From contig JUEF01000117.1 in the NCBI GenBank assembly GCA_000802045.1, positions 6,792 to 70,791 on the forward strand: a stretch of 64,000 nt of DNA, written 5' to 3'. This document shows, in pieces, positions 47,290 through 55,364 of this stretch. This stretch comes from Peptococcaceae bacterium BICA1-8. GTDB taxonomy: Bacteria > Bacillota > Peptococcia > Peptococcales > BICA1-8. Made by a program: the position numbers and the translations under genes. The first letter of the stretch is position 1; every line of letters begins with the position of its first letter. The notes below the pieces were generated by a model that did not search any database, was not told the DNA's origin, and worked only from the letters and a program-made list of their open reading frames with translations.

Positions 47290-48392
47290 TGATTAAGACC
47301 TTTAAATGCGAGAGTCTAGGAGGAATTGCAAAAAAGGAGTTGCACTTATCAGATGGTTTAAATGTAGTTTTAGGGCCTAATGAAGCAGGGAAAAGCACTA
47401 TGATTGATGGATTATTCTCAGTCTTTTTCAGAAATTCTAGGTTAAAAAATAATCAATCTGATAAAGACTTTGCTAATAGATTTCGCCCTTACCCTAATGG
47501 GGACTCAATGAAAGGCTCCGTTTTATTTGATGCAGGTGAAAACCATTATGAAATAAGTAAAGAATGGGGAGCCCGCCCATCGGCTTATTTAAACTTAAAT
47601 GGACAACTCATAAGTGATGAGAACACAATTAGTGAGAAACTGAAAGAAGTTCTTCTTTATGGTGAGAATACTTATAATAATGTAATTTTTGCAAAGCAAA
47701 AGGATATTAAAGAATCCTTGGAAAAAATGAGTAAGGACCAAGAAACATCCCATATTTTAGGTGATCTGCTTCGAAAGGCAGTAATGGTATTAGACGGTCT
47801 ATCTCTTGAAAAGTTAAAGATCAAAATTGATGAGGAATTAAATAAATATCAAAGCAGATGGGACGTTCTTAACAATCGTCCAGAGGGAAATAAGGGAGTA
47901 AACCAACCATGGAAGAAAGGGATAGGTGTGGTTTTAGAAGCCTTTTATCACAAAGAAATGCTTAATAAGGATATGGAGGAAGCTCAACAAGTTGAGAAAG
48001 AATATGCCATTGCTGTAGAAAATTTAAAGAAGGTTATCGAACAAAAGACAAAGGTCAAGTTAGAAATAGATCAATATAGCGGAATAGAGAAAGATATTTT
48101 CCAACGCGCATTATTAGAGCCAAGGACAAAAACACTGGAAGTAGAAATTATTGACCTAAAAGTAGTGGCTAAAGAATTTCCGGTTAAAGAAGCAATGTTA
48201 AAAGATAAATTGGGTGAAGTTGACAACCTCAGCTATAAAACGAACGAACTTTCGGCTGAACTTGATAGAGCAAAAAAGATAAATGACGCAAAACAAATAG
48301 AAAAGCTATTAGATAAAATGTCCTTAAGAGAACAAGAAATAAATAATAAGCTTAAGCAAAAAGAACAAAATTTTGTGTCGCACCAAGAGTAA
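47286..48392 (+). CDS. SbcC/YhaN-like AAA ATPase, C-terminally truncated (N-terminal head plus coiled coil only)
   Basis: Walker A GPNEAGKST followed by a long coiled coil. It stops at 368 aa with no signature, Walker B or D-loop region. The ATGA overlap couples it to the nuclease gene. Confidence 0.7.
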   Translation: MMIKTFKCESLGGIAKKELHLSDGLNVVLGPNEAGKSTMIDGLFSVFFRNSRLKNNQSDKDFANRFRPYPNGDSMKGSVLFDAGENHYEISKEWGARPSAYLNLNGQLISDENTISEKLKEVLLYGENTYNNVIFAKQKDIKESLEKMSKDQETSHILGDLLRKAVMVLDGLSLEKLKIKIDEELNKYQSRWDVLNNRPEGNKGVNQPWKKGIGVVLEAFYHKEMLNKDMEEAQQVEKEYAIAVENLKKVIEQKTKVKLEIDQYSGIEKDIFQRALLEPRTKTLEVEIIDLKVVAKEFPVKEAMLKDKLGEVDNLSYKTNELSAELDRAKKINDAKQIEKLLDKMSLREQEINNKLKQKEQNFVSHQE

Positions 48393-49219
48393 ACCTCCTT
48401 CCAGGTCTTGTAAATATTGGGGAGGTTTTCGGCATAGTTTATAAGAAATATGACTTCAACACCGATGTTCTCTAACAGCTTAAAAAGGAAATACATTGTA
48501 GGCGTGGACAATTATCAATGAGTCCTTAAAAACAATTAGGAGTATATTAGAGGGTATTACAGGAAGTTTAATTGCCACTGAATTATTAAAAAATCTCAGC
48601 AATTTTCTCCAGTGAGTACTGAACAGCGAATAACAAGGGGTTAGCAACATCGGGAGAGTTCATCTTGGGACAAGCCGACGTAGCTAACCCCTGAACGTTA
48701 GTACGCCAAGCGAAGCTTGGTACTTCTTACAGGGTGAAAGTCCCTGTTGGGTAAGGTCTAACCAGCCATCCATATCGAGTGTTGCGCCGAAACTGGTAAC
48801 AGCTAGGTGAAGTGTACACAGAGCACCATATAGGCCATAAGGGAGACCGTAATCCCTGAAGCATATTGAGCCCCGTAAATGAGGAGTCTGGAAACAGACG
48901 AAAATGCAGATGACGACGTGTTTAACGAATACAAAGAAATCGCTATTGGTGAGATTTCGGAGGGTCTGTCGGGGTCAGAGAACATGGCATGTATGGAGAG
49001 AAGTATTAGGAACTTGGGATCTCAGATCTCCTGCAGGTTCCAGCAAATTAGCTGGTAGGGAAGTACAATCGAAAAAGAGGCTGACCGAAGACTTGCAGGA
49101 AGTCGGATTAACCCATAGTACTCCGAGGTCGGGAGAGCCGGCTACATGGGGAAGGGGTTAACAGTAATATGCACTCTGCAAAGGAAACATTAACCGGACA
49201 TGCAGTACTGGATAAATTA

Positions 49220-49593
49220 ATGCAAACCTCACTGCAGAGAATATCGCAGAAAGCCAAAAGACTTAGGAAATATCGATTTCGCAATCTTTACAGATATTGG
49301 ACACAAGTGCACTAAAAGAAGCATGGAAAGAGATTAACAAAAAGGCAACAGCAGGTGTAGATAAAGTAACAGCAAAAGAATATGCTCTTAATCTCGAACA
49401 GAATATAGAAGAAATAGTGAGTAATCTGAAAAGAAAACGGTATCGAACAAAACTGGTTAGAAGAGTAGACATTCCCAAGGGTAATGAGACCAGACCCCTA
49501 GGAATACCAGCCATCTCAGATAAAATAGTACAAAGTGCAGCAGCCCAAATACTTATAGACGTAAGGCAGAGTACTGGTTGGGTGGTATTGTGA
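49220..49593 (+). pseudogene. group II intron reverse transcriptase, N-terminal fragment (frameshifted)
   Basis: MQTSLQRISQKAKRLRKYRFRNLYRY shifts frame near 49297 into ..LKEAWKEINKKATAGVDKVTAKEY...RPLGIPAISDKIVQ. Similarity is lost after ..AAQILI. Confidence 0.8.
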
Positions 49594-49654
49594 AAAGAGA
49601 TAAGAATTTGTTTGCACACTGGAAATTTGGGATATACCAACGGCTGGATGATGG

Positions 49655-49727
49655 GAGCCGTATGAGCTGAGAGGTTCACGTACGGTTCTGGGAGTGACTT
49701 AGGGGGAAGTTCCCTTGGTCTACTCAC
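49655..49727 (+). other. group II intron domain V plus domain VI (3' end of an intron)
   Basis: 34-nt GAGCCGTATGAGCTGAGAGGTTCACGTACGGTTC has the AGC triad, a GAGA tetraloop and an AC bulge. The following DVI ends ..TCTACTCAC. Confidence 0.8.
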
Positions 49728-50270
49728 TTTGTATGTGCCTTTAGGTATAAAAGTGACGCCGAGAGATTTTATCAGGTTCTAAGTAAAAGACTTAAGAATT
49801 TCGGCTTAGAATTAGCAGAAGAGAAAACCAATATTATTAGCTTCACGAGATTTAGAAAATATGAAAACACTAGCTTCGAATTTCTAGGTTTTGAGTTTAG
49901 TTGGGGAGTCTCCCATAGAGGAAAAGATTTAATATACCGGAGCACATCACAGAGTAAGTTGAAGAAGTCATTGGCTAACTTCAAAGAATGGTTTATAGAG
50001 CATAGGAACCAACGGCTTAAGATTATATTCCAATTACTAAATACCAAGCTAAGAGGCTACTACAATTATTATGGAGTAATAGGAAACTACAAAAAGCTCT
50101 GCCAGTTCTATGAAATAGCCAAGAGTATACTTTATAAATGGCTGAACCGAAGGAGCCAGAGGCGTAGCTTCAATTGGACTGAGTTTCAAAGAGCAATGAA
50201 CTATTATGGGATGTTACGGCCAAGAATAACCGAAGTAGTAAATAACCAGTTAAAACTTGAGTTTATATAG
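49728..50270 (+). pseudogene. group II intron reverse transcriptase C-terminal fragment (post-YADD palm plus maturase/X domain)
   Basis: The open frame begins FVCAFRYKSDAERF..ELAEEKTNIISF..FEFLGFEF and continues to LRGYYNYYGV. No En domain is present. Confidence 0.8.
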
Positions 50271-50298
50271 CTTGATTACGGAAGTGAATATTACTGAA

Positions 50299-50372
50299 GA
50301 GCCCGGTGCGGTAGTTCCGCTCGCCGGGATCTGCGCGGGGGGCAGTGAGTAATTGCTGTCTCTACCGTGACT
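50299..50372 (+). other. second domain V-like hairpin plus domain VI-like segment
   Basis: GAGCCCGGTGCGGTAGTTCCGCTCGCCGGGATC lies 28 nt after the RT stop. It has a G-A mismatch at the triad pair and a non-GNRA loop. The DVI-like segment ends ..TCTACCGTGAC. Confidence 0.5.
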
Positions 50373-50399
50373 ACGATAGAGACCTATATTGGAGGATAA

Positions 50400-51158
50400 C
50401 ATGATTATTGGAGATGATTCGCCATTAAGACATTTACCATCAGTTCTAAACCCTAGGCAAATTTTATTGTTAGATGGAATTAGATATTCTGTTGATATGG
50501 CTGATATAGCTTACACGAGGCTCTTCAACTCTTTAACTTATGTATCGATTAATCATAATTCAAAGGAATTTGATTTTAGCATTTTTTCTCATGCGTTTCT
50601 TGATGCGTGGTCGGTTATTGATTCTGTAAATAGAATGCGGTCTCTATTATCTAATTTAACAGGGTATAAAAGATAATAAACAAGGAAAGAAAGAGCGAAG
50701 AAATTATTAATAACAACATTTATCATGAAAATGAAGTAATAACACTTCGCACTTTTTTTGAAGAAACATTAAATGTACAACTTTTAAGGAATAGAGTTCA
50801 ACATTTGGATGGTAGAATAGAACATATTTTAAGTCTACAAAAGACAATATGGGGCTCATTAGATTGGGTATATTTTGATGAAAAGGATGAGGAACTTTGC
50901 CATGTTTTCAAAATGGTGGCAGGTAGCATTACAAAGATCATTGAACAGTACATAAATCCCGTTGGCGAGACTTTTTACTCCCAGCTTGATAGGGTTATAT
51001 TGCGAGCTCATGACTTAGAAATATGCTTGACCTACTTACTAAAGATAGTAGAAAAAGCAATAAGAAACTTAGAAGAGCAAATGCAGCCTCAATTTGAACC
51101 GTATAAAGAGGGACCTAGAGATATATTGAGCTGTATAGATTTTAGGTCAAGTAAATGA
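50400..51158 (+). pseudogene. frameshifted gene with an RNxxxH (HEPN-type) motif
   Basis: ORFs 50389..50676 and 50805..51158 join if one base is gained or lost in TATAAAAGATAA near 50668..50676. The second frame is open from 50670 and encodes LLRNRVQH at 50781..50804, upstream of the track's TTG start. Confidence 0.5.
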
Positions 51159-51351
51159 AATAATGGTCTCCATCGTATAACACTGCACTCAACTCATGGG
51201 TGCAGAAGCGAATATAATAAGCAATTCATCACCACACCTGCTAAGCTAAGAGCTAGCTAAGGCTCTTGGCGTCACGAGTGCAAAAACTTATGAGAAATTA
51301 ATTTTCTAGAAATTTTGAAAATATTGAATAATAAAATAGGGGGATACAATA

Positions 51352-52212
51352 ATGAAAATTGAAAATCACCAAGAAAATATTTTTTGTGAATACACGATAA
51401 AGTCGTGGAATGATTGTAGAAATTTATTTGAACATATTAAAAACTGGGTTTTTAGAGGACAATCAAATAGTTCTTGGTCTCTTCAAACTACATTGGAAAG
51501 AGGAGCTTTAGCTAATAATCCTGATATAAGAAAAATACCAATAATAGAAAAGAATATAATTTCTAAGTTTCAGAGAAGAGCTTTTCAGTATATTGAAAAA
51601 ATGCCAGAAAAAGATGATGTAATTGAATGGTTATCATTGCTTCAACATCACGGAGGACCTACGAGGTTGTTGGATTTTTCATATTCGTATTATGTAGCAT
51701 TATTTTTTTCAACGGATAATGCATTGCAAGAATCTGTTGTTTATTGTCTTAATCAAGAGTTAATTTATGATAAAGGACTTGAAACTGAAATATGGAGAGG
51801 CTCAGCAAATATAAACATCTATGGTACTAAAGAATACTGTAATCAAGTTTTAAAGGATCAAGTCAGAAGCCCACTGGTTTTGTTAATAGAACCTTTTAAT
51901 TTACATGAACGATTATCTAGACAACAAGGTTTATTTGCAGTACCTTTTGAGGGACAGCAGTCGTTTGAGTATAATCTCTCTTTAACAGTAAATAGATATC
52001 AGAAAGCGTTACCAAAAAGTAAAAAGATTGATGACTACAATGACTTAATTGATACGTTGAATGAAGAATGTGCTTTGCTCAAGGTAAAAATTCCCCAAAA
52101 ATTTCATACTGAAATACGAAGAGATCTGAAATTAATGAATATTACTAACGAAACTTTGTTTCCTGGTATAGATGGTTTTGCAAAATCATTAAGTGGGGAA
52201 TTTAATATATAG
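51352..52212 (+). CDS. FRG domain-containing protein
   Basis: Motifs WVFRGQ, LLQHHGGPTRLLDFSYS and RLSRQQGLF. SD GGGGGA. Confidence 0.75.
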   Translation: MKIENHQENIFCEYTIKSWNDCRNLFEHIKNWVFRGQSNSSWSLQTTLERGALANNPDIRKIPIIEKNIISKFQRRAFQYIEKMPEKDDVIEWLSLLQHHGGPTRLLDFSYSYYVALFFSTDNALQESVVYCLNQELIYDKGLETEIWRGSANINIYGTKEYCNQVLKDQVRSPLVLLIEPFNLHERLSRQQGLFAVPFEGQQSFEYNLSLTVNRYQKALPKSKKIDDYNDLIDTLNEECALLKVKIPQKFHTEIRRDLKLMNITNETLFPGIDGFAKSLSGEFNI

Positions 52213-52457
52213 GAGTTATGAAAGTTAAGTGACTTAATGTTGAACTGGAAATGAAAATCATAAACAGAAAGAAAATTAACATCTCATAACACCCAACATT
52301 CCTCTCGATGTCGGAGTCCTTGCAGGGCAAGGACATGCGCTACTTTTCCCGCTAAGGCGTTAAAAGAGAGGAACATCGGGAATAGCGGGAACGTTAGACG
52401 AAAGACCTTTGGAAAATAACAGTTTATAAAGTGAAAAATATTATAGGAGGAGATAAT

Positions 52458-53051
52458 ATGCTTTACAAATACAGAACAATAGAAAACTTTAAATTTTTTG
52501 TAGACATAATACTAAAAAATCGGCTTTTTGCTGCACCATATTTTGACTTGAATGACCCTATGGAAGGGCGTTATATTTATTCATTTGGGCATCCATCGGA
52601 TAAAATCATTCGTGCAATTAAAGGAGAAAAAGAGAAATTGCGTATTGTGTCGCTCTCAAGGAATTTTAACAATACCTTAATGTGGGCTCATTATGCAAAT
52701 GGACATCGTGGAGTTGCAGTTGGAGTAGAAGTAAATCGCAATAAGTATGACATTAGAAGAGTGAATTATTCAGATTCAATGTTTAACCTTCAATATAACT
52801 TGGATTTTCCAAGCTTAGATGTAGCAAAACGCATCCTGTCTGAAAAGCATTTAGCATGGTCGTATGAGGAAGAAGAAAGAATCTTTGTTGAAGATGGTCA
52901 GCAGTTTGCTGAAGTCAAGGTAAAAGAGATAATTTTAGGTAGTAAGATGAGCACGCAGAATCAAGGATTTGTTAGGGAACTCGTAAGTAAAATAAATCCT
53001 AATATTATTGTGAAAAGATTTGACTCGCAGGATTATGAGCTATTAGCATAG
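52458..53051 (+). CDS. DUF2971 family protein
   Basis: MLYKYR start with the motifs FDLNDPMEG, SLS...NTLMWAHYANGHRG and AWSYEEEERIF. ATG at 52458 follows AGGAGG. Confidence 0.7.
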   Translation: MLYKYRTIENFKFFVDIILKNRLFAAPYFDLNDPMEGRYIYSFGHPSDKIIRAIKGEKEKLRIVSLSRNFNNTLMWAHYANGHRGVAVGVEVNRNKYDIRRVNYSDSMFNLQYNLDFPSLDVAKRILSEKHLAWSYEEEERIFVEDGQQFAEVKVKEIILGSKMSTQNQGFVRELVSKINPNIIVKRFDSQDYELLA

Positions 53052-53520
53052 ATTACTAATGAAAGTGGTTTAATTAACAAAATAATCTTGGAAAAGATTT
53101 AGAATTCTACATATTTTGAAAGTATAGTGCGGTAATCGAATATAAGTGTAAAAAATTTTATACACAACCAACAAGTAGGTATATAAGTACAGATAGAAAT
53201 GAGTAATGCGAGGTGTTGGAATATAAATTACTAAAGATTTGTTTGAAGTAATTGCAAATATTTTCCTTGCTAACACCACCTAATCAAGGAGGGCTATATA
53301 CTTCATATAGGCACCCTTTAGAACAATAGGTAATAATATTACAAGATAAAGTATTTGTGGACATGCCTCATCCACGAGCAAGAGTTTCAAAACAAGTTCT
53401 CTATGCCTATTTCAAAGAAACAATGTTGGATATTGAGAAGAATAACATTGTTTATTTAGTATAAAAATAGATTCTTGTATGATATAGAGAGTAATCACCA
53501 TATAAATGCTCGTTTTTTTG

Positions 53521-53539
53521 TGTGAGCCTTTTGTGAGCC
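53521..53539 (+). repeat. two TGTGAGCC repeats phased at 11 nt
   Basis: TGTGAGCC at 53521 and 53532, the same motif and phasing as 34429..34458. Confidence 0.7.
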
Positions 53540-53545
53540 TAAAGA

Positions 53546-53575
53546 AAAGAACCCTTGATTTATCAAGGGTTCTTT
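53546..53575 (-). terminator. terminator hairpin of tRNA-Leu
   Basis: AAAGAACCCTTGA-ttta-TCAAGGGTTCTTT, immediately 3' of the tRNA on the minus strand. Confidence 0.75.
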
Positions 53576-53580
53576 AGCAT

Positions 53581-53667
53581 TGGTGCCGAAGGCCGGACTC
53601 GAACCGGCACGCTTTTGAAGGCGGTGGATTTTGAGTCCACTGCGTCTGCCAATTCCGCCACTTCGGC
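53581..53667 (-). tRNA. tRNA-Leu (anticodon CAA), CCA encoded
   Basis: The reverse complement is GCCGAAGTGGCGGAATTGGCAGACGCAGTGGACTCAAAATCCACCGCCTTCAAAAGCGTGCCGGTTCGAGTCCGGCCTTCGGCACCA. It folds as a cloverleaf with a long variable arm and the anticodon loop CTCAAAA. Confidence 0.95.
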
Positions 53668-53793
53668 ATATTTGGATGACAAAGAATAGTATAGCATGGG
53701 TAAATATCTTTGTCAATATTACTAGGCATCATTAAAGTGTTATTAAATCCCATGCACTATATAACACTATAAATTTCATAAATGAAAAATTGA

Positions 53794-53823
53794 GTGAGGG
53801 GAAAAATCCCCTCACATTTTTTT
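53794..53823. terminator. bidirectional hairpin terminator
   Basis: GTGAGGGG-aaaaat-CCCCTCAC with T-runs on both strands. Confidence 0.7.
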
Positions 53824-53826
53824 ACA

Positions 53827-53973
53827 TCATGTTTTCTTTTGCTGTTTTTGAGCTTTTTGTATTCCTTTTTCCTGCATTAATTCTTCCGAAGCTTCTTGTA
53901 AATAATTTTGAGATTCGTTCACATTAGTTTGCTTCGTGCCTTTTTGTTGTGGCTGCTGATTCGGTTTTTTCAT
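53827..53973 (-). CDS. small Gln/Lys-rich protein (48 aa), possibly a minor spore protein
   Basis: MKKPNQQPQQKGTKQTNVNESQNYLQEASEELMQEKGIQKAQKQQKKT. A strong SD GAAAGGGGGG lies upstream and a terminator downstream. Confidence 0.5.
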   Translation of the reverse strand: MKKPNQQPQQKGTKQTNVNESQNYLQEASEELMQEKGIQKAQKQQKKT

Positions 53974-54077
53974 TAAGCTCCCCCCTTTCATCAATATAAT
54001 TTCCACTTTTTACTCTTATATCCCCAAATTTTTCTTTGTGGTAAAATTAATTTAGAAATTAAGGTGGATGTGGTAAC

Positions 54078-55256
54078 ATGGAAAGAAGAATAATTCATGT
54101 TGATATGGATGCCTTCTATGCCGCAGTAGAACAACGAGATAATTCCGAGCTGCTGGGTCAACCGGTAATAATCGGGGGAAAGCCTCAGTCACGGGGTGTT
54201 GTTTCCACTGCTTCTTATGAAGCGCGCAAATTTGGTATTCGTTCAGCTATGCCTTTAATTGAAGCATACCGATTATGTCCCCAGGGAATCTTTATCCTGC
54301 CGGATCATAGCAAATACCGTAGAGTATCTGATGAAATAATGCAAATATTTCAGCACTATACACCTTTGGTTGAACCCATCTCGCTAGATGAGGCTTTTCT
54401 AGATGTTAGTGGCTGTCAAAGGCTTTTTGGAGATAGCCTGCATATTGCCCAGGAAATTAAAGACCAGATTAAAAGCCAATTAGATTTAACAGCTTCATTT
54501 GGTATTGCAGCTAATAAATTTTTAGCTAAAATAGCATCTGATTTGGATAAACCCGATGGACTGGTAGTAATAAATAGAGAAAATATAGCGGAAAAAATCT
54601 GGCCGCTTGCAGTCCAAAAGCTTTGGGGTATCGGTAGCAAATCAGCAGCAAAGCTAGTAGAATTAAATATTAAGACTATAGGTCAGTTAGCCAAATCAAA
54701 CCCCGACTTATTAGCTAAAACCTTAGGCAGTTGGGGTCTAGAAGTTTATAATTTATCAAATGGAATTGATGAGAGGCCTGTGATTCCTGAGAGAGATGCT
54801 CATTCAATAGGTCATGAAACTACTTTTAGCCAAGACATAAGAGACCAAGAGTATTTAACTAGGGTTTTACTAGAGCTAGCTCAGGATGTTGGTTGGAGGC
54901 TAAGGAGAGCAGGACTAAGAGGGAAAACGGTAGCTTTAAAAATTCGTTACCCGGATTTTAAAACAATAACTAGAAGTCATACCCTATCTGCAGAGTTGAA
55001 CCAGGATGATGTGATTTATCAGGAGGCAGTTAAGCTTTTTATAGCCAATCATGCAGCACAGAAAAGCATTAGATTAATAGGTATTACTGTTTCTGGTTTA
55101 ATCCGAGAAGAACAGGTGAGCCAGCAATTTTCATTATTTACAGAAAAAGAAGATAAGTCAAAAAAATTGTACCAAGCTTTAGACAAAATTAATATTAAAT
55201 TTGGCAGAAAAACAATAACTAGGGCCAGGCTGTTAAAGGACGATGAAACAAAATAA
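54078..55256 (+). CDS. dinB: DNA polymerase IV
   Basis: N-terminus RIIHVDMDAFYAAVEQRDNP-like, SLDEAFLDV, and the Y-family layout. Confidence 0.95.
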   Translation: MERRIIHVDMDAFYAAVEQRDNSELLGQPVIIGGKPQSRGVVSTASYEARKFGIRSAMPLIEAYRLCPQGIFILPDHSKYRRVSDEIMQIFQHYTPLVEPISLDEAFLDVSGCQRLFGDSLHIAQEIKDQIKSQLDLTASFGIAANKFLAKIASDLDKPDGLVVINRENIAEKIWPLAVQKLWGIGSKSAAKLVELNIKTIGQLAKSNPDLLAKTLGSWGLEVYNLSNGIDERPVIPERDAHSIGHETTFSQDIRDQEYLTRVLLELAQDVGWRLRRAGLRGKTVALKIRYPDFKTITRSHTLSAELNQDDVIYQEAVKLFIANHAAQKSIRLIGITVSGLIREEQVSQQFSLFTEKEDKSKKLYQALDKINIKFGRKTITRARLLKDDETK

Positions 55257-55304
55257 AAGTTCAGATGAAATATAAATAACATCTGAACGAAGTGCACTTT
55301 ATAG

Positions 55305-55330
55305 GGAACTTTTTCTAAAAGGTTTTCGTC
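55305..55330 (+). promoter_or_regulatory. ECF-sigma-type promoter
   Basis: GGAACT-N16/17-CGTCTA, located 35 nt upstream of the sigma-factor ATG at 55365. Confidence 0.65.
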
Positions 55331-55364
55331 TATGAAGTACTGGTTGAAAGGGGGACGCCAGTTC

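Larger units (their letters stand above)
48600..50372 (+). mobile_element. decayed group II intron (composite, two domain V/VI sets); 5' boundary uncertain
   Basis: GC-rich, heavily paired RNA from about 48600 to 49220, followed by reverse transcriptase/maturase fragments. A canonical domain V sits at 49655..49688 and a second DV-like hairpin at 50299..50331. Confidence 0.75.

Noticed and set aside
48728-48746. AGGGTGAAAGTCCCT, reminiscent of the cobalamin-riboswitch GGTGAAA-TCC core
   Set aside because: It is an isolated 6-bp hairpin inside the intron's structured 5' region. No B12-box or other riboswitch elements are present, and no regulated gene lies downstream.
48904-49727. ORFs 48904..49161 (+) and 49263..49727 (-) within the intron region
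   Set aside because: They lie in the GC-rich ribozyme domains or antisense to the RT fragment, with no SD. High GC content keeps frames open by chance.
50665-50676. Programmed ribosomal frameshift joining the two halves of the HEPN-motif gene
   Set aside because: TATAAAAG is not a canonical X_XXY_YYZ slippery heptamer, and I saw no downstream stimulatory hairpin. A simple indel (pseudogene or sequencing error) is more economical, though programmed frameshifting cannot be excluded from sequence alone.
53070-53279. 69-aa minus-strand ORF rich in Tyr/Leu/Ile
   Set aside because: It is an AT-rich low-complexity translation with no SD, inside the putative island arm region.
53495-53716. 73-aa minus-strand ORF
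   Set aside because: It is built from the tRNA-Leu gene and its terminator read as protein, so it is not a gene.
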